The notes below the pieces were generated by a model. That model was not told the origin of the DNA. It ran no database searches and was given only the letters and a program-made list of their open reading frames with translations. From a virus (Duplodnaviria > Caudoviricetes), in IMG/VR virus record IMGVR_UViG_3300044940_000392, positions 1 to 62,237 of that record: a stretch of DNA of 62,237 bases, one strand, 5' to 3'. Positions 28,241 to 37,120 of the stretch are shown here, piece after piece. Numbering within the stretch: the first letter of the stretch is position 1; each line of letters begins with the position of its first letter. The position numbers and the translations under genes were made by a program.

Positions 28241-28672
28241 AGTACTAGTACTAAAGTACTAAGGGTACCAGTACCCCCGGTCTAGTACTATGGGACCCCT
28301 TTCCCAGTACTAAATTGGTACTAAAGTACTATTGACACCTACATTTTTCTGTGCTCTAGTACTAAAGTACTACACATTAATGTGACTAAAGTACTATTGA
28401 CTTTAGATAGTAATAGGATAGAAGTACTATCGGTACTATAGAAATTGGTATTAAGGTACTATACAATTCGTACTAAGTACGGGATGTCAATAGGAATTTA
28501 GTACTATACAGTACTAGATGTAAAATGAACCGTTCGTACTATTAACTTCCCGAGGAATGTATGAATGTAGTACTAAAGTCCCACCGGGCACACCCACGCG
28601 GCTAAGTCAAGTACTATTTTCCAATTTAATCACTTAGTACCTTCGTACTGCAAAAATAAATCGAAAGTACTA
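28241..28672. repeat. Irregular array of ~25 GTAC-core (mostly AGTACT/GTACTA) short repeats
   Basis: Hand count of 25 GTAC in ~430 bp of non-coding DNA; recurring unit AGTACTAAAGTACTA. Confidence 0.9.
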
Positions 28673-28707
28673 TTGAGGTCCCACGTTTTATGTATTTTAA
28701 AAATGGT

Positions 28708-28754
28708 ATACTACATATTGTGGTGGGTTTAGGGGAAGATACTATATGTAGTGG
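28708..28754. promoter_or_regulatory. Tandem NrdR-box-like sites
   Basis: ATACTACATATTGTGG (28708) and ATACTATATGTAGTGG (28739), 31 bp apart; match acaCwAtATaTwGtg and its characteristic spacing. Confidence 0.65.
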
Positions 28755-28969
28755 TGTGGTGGAATAGATATTTGTTATTTGACTATAAGCGGGCGGGTGT
28801 ATATATGTGTGCGTGTATCTTAAACAACTTTTAGTGCGGGTGAAGTCAGATAGAGGGACCGCGAAAATAAGTGGAACAAACGGCGCCTATAGGTGCTATA
28901 GTATTAATAGAGAGATTCCTCTCAATCACGGTTTGGCCGTATTCCGTCAAACGGCCTATAGGAGTAAAT

Positions 28970-29236
28970 ATGGCTCGTGGGAAAACCACCACTAAGGCGT
29001 TTGTGGACGCCCGAATTAACGTTGAGGACCTCATTTGGCACATTGCCAAGCAGGGGGGACAGTATGTATCTCCCCTGAAGCTGGGGAAAATCTTGTATGA
29101 GCTTGAAGCTCAGATTCAGGACGCCGCTAAGGCAGCGATGATGGAAGCGGTTAAGAACCGCGTTCACCTTGCGGCAAATCTTCCGGTCAATGAAGAGGAA
29201 CTCACCACGGAGGATTACGTTTCTGTAATCCCCTAG
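28970..29236 (+). CDS. First early gene, hypothetical
   Basis: AGGAG SD then ATG at 28970 (MARGKTTTKAFV...); extended -10 TGCTATAGT upstream at ~28884. Confidence 0.7.
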   Translation: MARGKTTTKAFVDARINVEDLIWHIAKQGGQYVSPLKLGKILYELEAQIQDAAKAAMMEAVKNRVHLAANLPVNEEELTTEDYVSVIP

Positions 29237-29304
29237 ACAATTTACCTATAAGGGCATCCGTACTCAATAAGTCTGGGTGCCCTTATTCTATTTTAGGAGG
29301 AAAC

Positions 29305-29661
29305 ATGAATTACGAAATAGCCCAACAGTGGGTAGCCGCGCTGAGGAGCGGGGAATATGCCCAAGAAAAGTCTAGACTGAAATCAGACAACGGCTATTGT
29401 TGTTTGGGTGTTTTGTGTGATTTATACACAAAACAAAATCCATATGTAAAATGGAAGTCATTGGAATCAGTGACAGCATATTTCATTCTAGAGCATAGTC
29501 TTGTTCTGCCTTGCGAAGTGAAAGAATGGGCCAGAATGAAGTCGGAGTGCGGGCAATTCATCGAAGAAGGAATGTTTTTGCGACTAGATAAAATGAATGA
29601 CGACGGTCATTCATTTAACGAAATCGCCGATGTAATAGAAAAAGTGTGGGAGAGATTATAG
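29305..29661 (+). CDS. CCLGVLC-family protein, paralog 1
   Basis: W..ALRSG.Y.Q...L...GYCCLGVLCDL...LP..V.EWA...ND.G.SF.EIAD; AGGAGG SD. Confidence 0.85.
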   Translation: MNYEIAQQWVAALRSGEYAQEKSRLKSDNGYCCLGVLCDLYTKQNPYVKWKSLESVTAYFILEHSLVLPCEVKEWARMKSECGQFIEEGMFLRLDKMNDDGHSFNEIADVIEKVWERL

Positions 29662-29663
29662 CA

Positions 29664-29747
29664 ATGAATGAAATCAGCATGATTGCTTACATTCCCGCCG
29701 CAATCTTACTGATATCTTGGTATATCAGTAATCGGAATTCAATCTGA
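29664..29747 (+). CDS. 27 aa hydrophobic micro-peptide
   Basis: MNEISMIAYIPAAILLISWYISNRNSI; GGAG SD. Confidence 0.4.
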   Translation: MNEISMIAYIPAAILLISWYISNRNSI

Positions 29748-29941
29748 GAATTCACAAGGATATTATAGGGAAACCTATAGTATCCTTTGAATCTTTAGAT
29801 ATAGATTCAATTGTCATTTCACGTTCAGTCGCTTATCTTTCAATTCATTTATTTCGGGTATATATAATACTCCGGTCAAAATGTTTTGTAAGTTAGCGGC
29901 AATTATTTTCCGTCAATTTGTTTTTTAAGGAGAAAGGTTTC

Positions 29942-30964
29942 ATGGCTCATGAAATACAGCATTATGTCGGGCGGAAGTCCGCTTGGCATAATCTTGGGAC
30001 GGTATATGGAGATTATCTTTCCATAGATGATCTTCTAAACGATAGCGCGCTTAACTATACCGTAAGTAAGCGCCAGCTAGAATATGATAGAAAACCAATC
30101 GACGCATGGGGAACGTTTCGTGATGATACAAACGAATTTCTTTCTACAGTTGGAAAGGATTACGTTGTAATGCAGCACGTCGATGGTTTTAAGATTGCTG
30201 ATTCCTTTATAGGAAACGGCGTTACAAAGTTTGAAACAGCCGGAGTACTGGGAATCGGGGAGCGGGTTTGGTGCTTAGCCCGGCTTGACACTGATATTCT
30301 TATCGGCGGGGAGGATAAAATCGAGAATTATCTTTTATTCTCAACTTCCCACGACGGTTCTCTCGCGTTTGAATTTCGTCTTACAAATATCCGTGTTGTT
30401 TGTGCGAATACGCTCCGTGCGGCTAAGGCGCAAGGGCTGAGTAATTTCAAGGTTTACCATACTAAGAACGCGCAAGCCTCATTCGAACAGGCGCTTCAGG
30501 CAATGAAAGCTACAAGGGAGGAGTTGAAAACTGTTGAGGAGCAACTGAACTTCTTAAACTCCCGTGCCGTTCGGGAGAATGATATGAAAGAGATCTTCGA
30601 CGCTCTGTTCGGAAAGAAGGATTCCAAACGCGGCCAAACTCGGTTGGAGAATGTTTTGAATGACATTCTCGAATTGTATGAGTCCAACGACAATGACTCG
30701 TTTCCTCATCAGCGCGGCACTGCGTATAATCTGCTGAATGCTATTGTGGAATATACCGATCACGTTAAGGGAGGGTTTTCCAATCTCTCTTATGCAACCA
30801 TCGGAGCGGGCGCTAAACTTAAAGAAGCCGCGTATGAGATTATTTTGGACGCGGCGGGAAACATGATGCCGTCCAGTAATCGAGTTTATTATTCGATTCC
30901 TGCTGCTGAACCATCGAATGATGATGTCAACAAAAACGCAGTGAAAGAGTTGTTGGGTTTATAA
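29942..30964 (+). CDS. DUF932/DUF945 (TIGR03299-like) phage/plasmid protein
   Basis: MAHEI...AWH.LG, ETAG.L..G.RVW, SHDGS, T.IRVVCANTL, HT, GTAY.L.NA.VEY.DH. Confidence 0.88.
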   Translation: MAHEIQHYVGRKSAWHNLGTVYGDYLSIDDLLNDSALNYTVSKRQLEYDRKPIDAWGTFRDDTNEFLSTVGKDYVVMQHVDGFKIADSFIGNGVTKFETAGVLGIGERVWCLARLDTDILIGGEDKIENYLLFSTSHDGSLAFEFRLTNIRVVCANTLRAAKAQGLSNFKVYHTKNAQASFEQALQAMKATREELKTVEEQLNFLNSRAVRENDMKEIFDALFGKKDSKRGQTRLENVLNDILELYESNDNDSFPHQRGTAYNLLNAIVEYTDHVKGGFSNLSYATIGAGAKLKEAAYEIILDAAGNMMPSSNRVYYSIPAAEPSNDDVNKNAVKELLGL

Positions 30965-31022
30965 TAAAATACCCAGACCTGCTCGCTTTACTGCAAACAT
31001 TTGTTCAGAAAGAAAGGGTTAA

Positions 31023-31199
31023 ATGACTTACAGAGAACTATTGAAACTATTAGCTGAAATGTCCGAAGAGATTCTGGATCAAAACGTAACAGTGTTTGAT
31101 TCCGAATCTAAAGAGTATTATCCAATGGTTAAATACTCGGTTACAAAAGAAGATGATGTCTTAGATAAAGGACATCTCTTTCTGAGTTACGACAGATAA
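31023..31199 (+). CDS. Small conserved phage protein (58 aa, not in ORF track)
   Basis: MTYRELLKLLAEMSEEILDQNVTVFDSESKEYYP...DDVLDKGHLFL. Confidence 0.65.
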   Translation: MTYRELLKLLAEMSEEILDQNVTVFDSESKEYYPMVKYSVTKEDDVLDKGHLFLSYDR

Positions 31200-31379
31200 T
31201 TTTAAGAACATTTATAGACTACGTTCTTTTAAGCGCGTGGATGTCGTAGCTGAATTGTTCGGAATGTAAGTGGATTTATAGGGCGGATTTATTCAATTAA
31301 GTCCGCCCGGTTAAATTCATTTATTACTCAGCGAGTATATGAATTTACCGCAAAGTATGAACGAAGAGGAGAACTTTAG

Positions 31380-31649
31380 ATGAGTATCCAACAATATTTC
31401 ATAAAATTCGGATTGTTTAAGGTTACTTCGGGAAACGAAGTGGAGTTTCATCCTGTCATTCCGCAAACGAAAGTCACGCCAGATATGCAGCTTGGTTACG
31501 GTGTTTCTGTTTTCGGCTTTAGCACATTTGAACAGTGTTTCCAAACGCTGGAAGAGGCCATTGCGTATTGCCGCGAAGATTTCAAGGAAAACAAGGAATT
31601 TAAGATCATCGATGAGGATGCGCAGCTTCTCATTTCGATTAACGAATAA
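31380..31649 (+). CDS. Hypothetical protein
   Basis: GAGGAG SD; 89 aa. Confidence 0.65.
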   Translation: MSIQQYFIKFGLFKVTSGNEVEFHPVIPQTKVTPDMQLGYGVSVFGFSTFEQCFQTLEEAIAYCREDFKENKEFKIIDEDAQLLISINE

Positions 31650-31726
31650 TTGAGTGAAATTTATAAGCCGATTGAGTAAATTCAGTCGGTTTTTATAATT
31701 TTATTCAAGGAACAAGAAGGTATAAC

Positions 31727-32878
31727 ATGATCGAGTGCTTAAAGTCCAAATCTGGGAAAACTAAATTCTCAGATTACGAAATTTTGGAATATCCTAATAT
31801 GAGGAAAGGCGAGTATGCGGTTCCTATCGGTATGATTAAGACCGATATTGGAAATCTGTATTTATTCAGATTTATCATATTCGGCGGGGTTAATAATTTC
31901 TTTCATCAATCATACGTTCAAGTTATTTATGAACGTATGCCGATGAGTAGAACCAAAATTTTCTATTCAAACAGGGAATTAGAAAATAGTTTTGGTTATT
32001 ACAATGAATTTTTTTCTTCAGTGTATTGGTCGAATTGGAAGAAATCTAAAGATGATCCAATACTAATCAAACCGCGAAAATGTTCTAATTGGATCGAGAG
32101 GGAAATAGTACGGGTTGTATACGGGGAATACAATCTATTGGATAGCAATATCTTAGTCTATCCAATAAAGCACTTTCCGCATATTGTTGTTAAGGATAAG
32201 GAACTGTTTGTTTCTTTTATTCCTGACGATAAATACGGGGACGCGGACCGCCGGGTTCAAATGAAGATCGGACGGTATTTGACTAAATATACCGCGTATT
32301 CAAATGAGGAAATTAAAACTCTCATTCTAAAACTTAAAATTCATCATTTAGCTGAAAATAGTTTCAGCCTTCACTTCACTGAAGATAGAGATAAAATACG
32401 GGAAATTTTCGAGATTCCTATGTATGCTCAGGACTCCAGTCAAGTTTCCTGTATGTATAACAAATTTCAGGCTTGGGAATTTCGCCCATACGACATATAT
32501 GCTCACAACCCGACAATGTGTGTCGCATATATGACTTGCGAAGAACTCATTGTTGCGCGATCAGTAATTAATGTTGCAGAAAACGGCTACGTCCGCACAT
32601 ATGCAATAAAGGAAAATAATTCCTTATTGCATACTAAATTCCGTAAATTGTTACAAAGTGAAGGTTATCATAAAACCTCACTTGAAGGGTGCTGGTTTTA
32701 TGCTAATTATACTAAATCAGGCCACTTAATCGCGCCATATATTGATGGGGACGCACAGAAGGGAATAGCTTTAGGAACTAATCGAGTTTCGATTGTTAGT
32801 TCTGATGAATGGTCCTGCTGGGATTATGAATTCACTTCTACTGACGGCGTAGCTGAGCCGGGCAGCGAAGATAAATAA
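31727..32878 (+). CDS. Hypothetical SCM-motif protein, paralog A
   Basis: HFPHIVV, GRYL, SCMY, VAY, ARSV, YVR.Y, LEGC, APYIDG. Confidence 0.8.
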   Translation: MIECLKSKSGKTKFSDYEILEYPNMRKGEYAVPIGMIKTDIGNLYLFRFIIFGGVNNFFHQSYVQVIYERMPMSRTKIFYSNRELENSFGYYNEFFSSVYWSNWKKSKDDPILIKPRKCSNWIEREIVRVVYGEYNLLDSNILVYPIKHFPHIVVKDKELFVSFIPDDKYGDADRRVQMKIGRYLTKYTAYSNEEIKTLILKLKIHHLAENSFSLHFTEDRDKIREIFEIPMYAQDSSQVSCMYNKFQAWEFRPYDIYAHNPTMCVAYMTCEELIVARSVINVAENGYVRTYAIKENNSLLHTKFRKLLQSEGYHKTSLEGCWFYANYTKSGHLIAPYIDGDAQKGIALGTNRVSIVSSDEWSCWDYEFTSTDGVAEPGSEDK

Positions 32879-32896
32879 TTTTGAAGGAGAAAGAAT

Positions 32897-34027
32897 ATGA
32901 ATACTTCAAATGAACTAGAAGTTATTAAACTTGATGGTATTTATAATACTGAGCAGTATTTAATACCATTAGCAGTAGCGAAAACAAGCGTCGGAAACTT
33001 CTATCTCGCCAAGAATGTTTCTTTATTTAATTATCGGCAAGAGATAACAGTATCTGATTATCTTTTTGGATATGAAAGAAACCATCTTAGGCACTTTTAT
33101 TGTTTCTCCGACAGCAGGGAGATGAATAATTATTTTCTGCCAAATGGTTTCTTCGATATTGACATAACTGCTGTTCGGATTAAGAATATAATGAATGAAC
33201 CCGTCATTTGTTATTTGAAGAAAGTGAATGACTGGCGTGCCCGGGAATGCTATAAGATTGCCCTCGGAGAATATACTCCAATAAATCCAAACTACTTTAA
33301 GTATATCCCCCAACACTTTCCACATATCGTTGTGTACGAGAAAAACTTATATGTCTCGTATTTCATCAACGAAAAATACGGAGAATCGAATCGACGGGCT
33401 GTAACTCGATTGGGAAAATACTTGCGTAGTTTGAATATGTATTCAAACGAGGAAATTAAAGATATTGTTGAAAAAATGAAAATCAAATATATAGATTTTC
33501 ACGATTGTGAATTAAAATTTACATCCAATAAGGATAAGATTCGGCAGATATTTGAGACTCGAATGATGGCGGAAGATTCAGATAGAGTTTCCTGCATGTA
33601 TAATAAATTCAACCACTGGAAAGTTCGCCCTTACGACATATATGCTGATAATCCGACAATGGAAGTAGCATATATGGAACGCAAGGGGAAAATAATCGCA
33701 CGGTCAGTGATTAATTCATTAAGCCGTGGTTATGTGCGGCCCTATGCGATTAAAGAGGATAATAAAATGATTATCCATAAATTTATCGAACTTCTTTCCG
33801 ACAATAAATATAATAAAACAAGTCTTGAAGGGTGCTGTTTTACAGCTAACTATAATCAAGCGCTTGAATTAGTTGCGCCGTATATTGATGGTAAGGCGCA
33901 AAAAGGAGTTCTTTTACCAGATAGAAAGATAAGGATTGTACATAATAATTCGAAGAAATGGGACTTTGAATTCGACAATACCGAAGGGGTTGCCTTTGAT
34001 AATGATGAAAATGAGGAAATAGAATAA
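32897..34027 (+). CDS. Hypothetical SCM-motif protein, paralog B
   Basis: Same motif series as 31727..32878 with a divergent N-terminus. Confidence 0.8.
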   Translation: MNTSNELEVIKLDGIYNTEQYLIPLAVAKTSVGNFYLAKNVSLFNYRQEITVSDYLFGYERNHLRHFYCFSDSREMNNYFLPNGFFDIDITAVRIKNIMNEPVICYLKKVNDWRARECYKIALGEYTPINPNYFKYIPQHFPHIVVYEKNLYVSYFINEKYGESNRRAVTRLGKYLRSLNMYSNEEIKDIVEKMKIKYIDFHDCELKFTSNKDKIRQIFETRMMAEDSDRVSCMYNKFNHWKVRPYDIYADNPTMEVAYMERKGKIIARSVINSLSRGYVRPYAIKEDNKMIIHKFIELLSDNKYNKTSLEGCCFTANYNQALELVAPYIDGKAQKGVLLPDRKIRIVHNNSKKWDFEFDNTEGVAFDNDENEEIE

Positions 34028-34815
34028 TGCAAATAAGATTAGAGCAGATGTTACAGTACATGCGCCCGGCGGGGACTCATACTGAAGTAGAATTTATACA
34101 AAAGTATATAGATTCAATCGAAGGAATTAAAACTGATTCTTTCGGGAATAGAATTCTAGAATACCCGGGTTCGAAAGTACTAATTACATGTCACACTGAT
34201 ACAGTTCATAGAATGCCGGGGTTACAGAAGATTGAGAAAAAAGGTAATATAATCCAGTTATCGAAAAATAGTCAATCTAATTGTCTGGGCGCAGACAATA
34301 CAGCCGGGGTTTACGCGGCGCTAAAGATGATTCGGGCGGGAGTGCCGGTGTCGTTTGTTTTTCACCGGGCGGAAGAGTGCGGCGGACTAGGTTCAGCATA
34401 CTTTGTCCAAGTATTCGAAGAACATATACGGAAATATGATGTTTGTTTATCGCTCGATAGAAGAGGATATACAGATATCATTACGAAACAATCACTAACG
34501 CAAACAGCGAGCCGGGAGTTTGCTGAATCACTTGCAAATGAGTTGCAAATGGGTCATTTGCCATCAGAAAATGGAATATTTACTGATAGTCTTAATTACT
34601 CCCATATAGTTCGTGAATGTTCTAATTTATCAGTCGGATATTTTAACGAACATACTTCACGTGAGTATTTAGATAAAGATTACTTGGATAGATTAATACA
34701 AAAGCTAATCAAAGTAAACTGGCATAATTTGAAAATTGCGAGGAGTTTTCAGGAAGATTATCTGCTTGATGTTTTTGATGAAACGGATACTTTTAATATA
34801 TCCCGGTTTCTTTAG
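34027..34815 (+). CDS. M20/M28-family Zn peptidase
   Basis: CHTDTVH, LGADNTAG, AEECGGLGS, DRRG, FTDS, NLSVGY.NEHT..E. Confidence 0.9.
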   Translation: MQIRLEQMLQYMRPAGTHTEVEFIQKYIDSIEGIKTDSFGNRILEYPGSKVLITCHTDTVHRMPGLQKIEKKGNIIQLSKNSQSNCLGADNTAGVYAALKMIRAGVPVSFVFHRAEECGGLGSAYFVQVFEEHIRKYDVCLSLDRRGYTDIITKQSLTQTASREFAESLANELQMGHLPSENGIFTDSLNYSHIVRECSNLSVGYFNEHTSREYLDKDYLDRLIQKLIKVNWHNLKIARSFQEDYLLDVFDETDTFNISRFL

Positions 34816-34860
34816 TAAGTAATCATAATTGGTGTAAATGAGTGTATAAGTACTACTTAT

Positions 34861-34889
34861 TTGCACCGCATATACGAACATAGTACAAT
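34861..34889 (+). promoter_or_regulatory. Sigma70-type promoter
   Basis: TTGCAC-17 nt-TACAAT followed by a GGAGG SD. Confidence 0.7.
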
Positions 34890-34919
34890 AGAGAGAGCCA
34901 TAGGGAGGAGAGACTAGAA

Positions 34920-35093
34920 ATGCGTAAATTGAAGTGTACATTCCAGTTCAAAGGAACTGATAAAGGAATTGTTTTTTACGATACGGCTGATAGCTCGATG
35001 GATGAAATACGAGTTAAAGCCGTCGATCAATTATTGAAGCTATTCCCGGAAATGAAAGATGAAACGGTGGAGGGGGAAATCGAATGGATGTAG
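34920..35093 (+). CDS. Small hypothetical protein (57 aa)
   Basis: GGAGGAG SD; MRKLKCTFQFKG... Confidence 0.6.
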   Translation: MRKLKCTFQFKGTDKGIVFYDTADSSMDEIRVKAVDQLLKLFPEMKDETVEGEIEWM

Positions 35094-35263
35094 AAATGGA
35101 GAGAAAGGCTTGCGTTAAATTGGCGCGGAAAATATTAAATAATCGAGATAAATTTGAGAAAAAGTCTTGCGATTTGATTGATCTAGCGGAGTATTTTATT
35201 ATTCTCGATAATAAATTGAAAACGGGCGCTGATTTTCCTCATTGCTGGTTGGTTAATAAATGA
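35084..35263 (+). CDS. Small hypothetical protein (59 aa)
   Basis: GGAGG SD; LAEYF..LD..L..G.DFP..W pattern. Confidence 0.6.
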   Translation: MDVEMERKACVKLARKILNNRDKFEKKSCDLIDLAEYFIILDNKLKTGADFPHCWLVNK

Positions 35264-35442
35264 GAGCTTGCTGTGAAAAGGAAATTACGGAATTAAATAA
35301 GAAAAGTGCATATTTTTCTTGTTATATTCCATTCGGTTTTAGTAGTAAAATTCCAGTAACTTATCATAATGGAGAAAAAGTTATGATAAATGGAGTTGAG
35401 AAAAAGAAAAGGGGAGAGAGAATCGTATGTTTCAGAAGTTAG
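35260..35442 (+). CDS. Small hypothetical protein
   Basis: ATGA overlap with the preceding ORF. Confidence 0.5.
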   Translation: MRACCEKEITELNKKSAYFSCYIPFGFSSKIPVTYHNGEKVMINGVEKKKRGERIVCFRS

Positions 35443-35579
35443 TTGCGACACTTATTCTGATATTTTCAATCGTAATGTTTGTAACATTACTTTGCTCAAC
35501 TAATGTTCAGAAAAACGCGTCCGATTGGGGCATTTTGGCATTAATTCTTTTTATTCTTCTAAAGGATGACAATGGATAA
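35427..35579 (+). CDS. 50 aa two-TM membrane peptide
   Basis: MFQKLVATLILIFSIVMFVTLLCS...WGILALILFILLKDDNG. Confidence 0.55.
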   Translation: MFQKLVATLILIFSIVMFVTLLCSTNVQKNASDWGILALILFILLKDDNG

Positions 35580-35670
35580 AGACCTAATATACATGCTATA
35601 TATTCTTATAGTAATCGGATTAGCCGCGGTTGCTGTTGAATATTTCAATAATGGAGGATTAAATGATTAA
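35572..35670 (+). CDS. 32 aa single-TM peptide
   Basis: MDKDLIYMLYILIVIGLAAVAVEYFNNGGLND; AAGGA SD. Confidence 0.5.
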   Translation: MDKDLIYMLYILIVIGLAAVAVEYFNNGGLND

Positions 35671-36307
35671 ACATGTTAGATACGGGTTTGCCAATAACTC
35701 GTCATCAAGCCATTCGCTGATTATGACTAAAGATCCAGTTAAATTGAAAGAAAAACCTGAAAAGGATTTTGGATCTTTTGGGTGGGATTTTTTTGTATTA
35801 AAAACGCCGGAGAATAAAATCCGGTATATGTTTTCTCAAATTTTTGATTTTCTATGTAGAAGATCAAAAATCACTTGGCCTTCCCCGGAACATGTTATTG
35901 AAAACGAGAAAAGAAAAATCCACGAAAAAGTATTTCTTTTTTTCCTCGCCCGGTATCCTAAATACACGAATCAATTACCAGCTTTCAGTGCACACAACAA
36001 TTATGTAGACCACCAAAGTCAATTCTGTTTCCCGGAATACGCCGACGGGACTTTGAATTGGAATTTTTGTCAAGCGTTTATTGACTTCATTCTCCGGGAC
36101 GATATCACAATTCTCGGCGGGAATGATAATGAATATAGTCCGAAATCGTGGAATAAGTATTCCGACGATGTTATTTACCTGTTCAAATTCATGACGGATA
36201 CGCGGACAAAATTCCGTGCCCGGTTTGATGTAAATAACAACACATGGGTTATTTATGACCGCAAAACTGGACAGAAAGTTTCTATAAATTTTAAGGAGAT
36301 AGCATGA
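35663..36307 (+). CDS. NSSS-motif protein (radical-SAM partner)
   Basis: R.GF.NNSSSSHS, YVDHQS, GGNDN. Confidence 0.8.
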   Translation: MIKHVRYGFANNSSSSHSLIMTKDPVKLKEKPEKDFGSFGWDFFVLKTPENKIRYMFSQIFDFLCRRSKITWPSPEHVIENEKRKIHEKVFLFFLARYPKYTNQLPAFSAHNNYVDHQSQFCFPEYADGTLNWNFCQAFIDFILRDDITILGGNDNEYSPKSWNKYSDDVIYLFKFMTDTRTKFRARFDVNNNTWVIYDRKTGQKVSINFKEIA

Positions 36308-37098
36308 TCGAGAATAAAGCCTACATGCCAGAATTGGTCGATTTGAAGATTACAGATTACTGTAATTACAATTGTGTGTATTGTTATCAAAATAGTACTA
36401 CAGAAGGACGGCACGCGGAGATAGATTTGATCGAAGATATTATTCTCGATTGCGTGAATAATGAAGTATTTGAAATCGCTATCGGAGGCGGCGAACCAAC
36501 GACTCATCCTGATTTTCTCCGTATTTTGAAATTCGGGCGCGAAAATGGAATTCAATTGAATTTCACAACTAGAAATTCAAAATTTCTAATGCAAAATGCT
36601 TGGCTTCTTGAACATCATTCAGTCGCTTTTTCCATTGATTCTGTAACGGCAATTGAATGGTATGCCTCTATTATGCATCTTCCACAATTACAATTTACGC
36701 CTCAACTAGTATCCGGTGTTCTTACGGAAGAACAATATACTCGGATAATGGAATTTTGTAAGGAAAAAGAAATAATTCCAACTTTACTCGGCTTTAAGCA
36801 GGTCGGGCGCGGCGGCCCATTTAAGCTGGTCCATTCACAAGCTAAAATGACGCCGGACGCGGAAATTGAAATCGCGCTTCGGACGTTCGGAAAAATCAAT
36901 GTGGATACCGCAATGCTTAAACAATGTTCCAGCGTAACTGGGTCGATTTGTAAAAAACTATTTTTCACAAACGAGGGGCTAGTTTCTTGTTATATCGACG
37001 CGGTTAATAAAACAATTGCTTCATCGTCTTATCACGAGGAAACAGCGATTCCTTATCATTCATTAAGAAAAGACTGGAAGAAACTTCCGGTTGTTTAG
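36304..37098 (+). CDS. Radical SAM protein
   Basis: CNYNCVYC, GGGEPT.HP, NFTT, EG..SCYIDAV. Confidence 0.92.
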   Translation: MIENKAYMPELVDLKITDYCNYNCVYCYQNSTTEGRHAEIDLIEDIILDCVNNEVFEIAIGGGEPTTHPDFLRILKFGRENGIQLNFTTRNSKFLMQNAWLLEHHSVAFSIDSVTAIEWYASIMHLPQLQFTPQLVSGVLTEEQYTRIMEFCKEKEIIPTLLGFKQVGRGGPFKLVHSQAKMTPDAEIEIALRTFGKINVDTAMLKQCSSVTGSICKKLFFTNEGLVSCYIDAVNKTIASSSYHEETAIPYHSLRKDWKKLPVV

Positions 37099-37120
37099 TT
37101 TAATTAAAGGATATAAAAAA

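Noticed and set aside
28241-28672. CRISPR array
   Set aside because: Repeats are only 6-15 bp with irregular spacing, there is no constant repeat-spacer period and no cas operon
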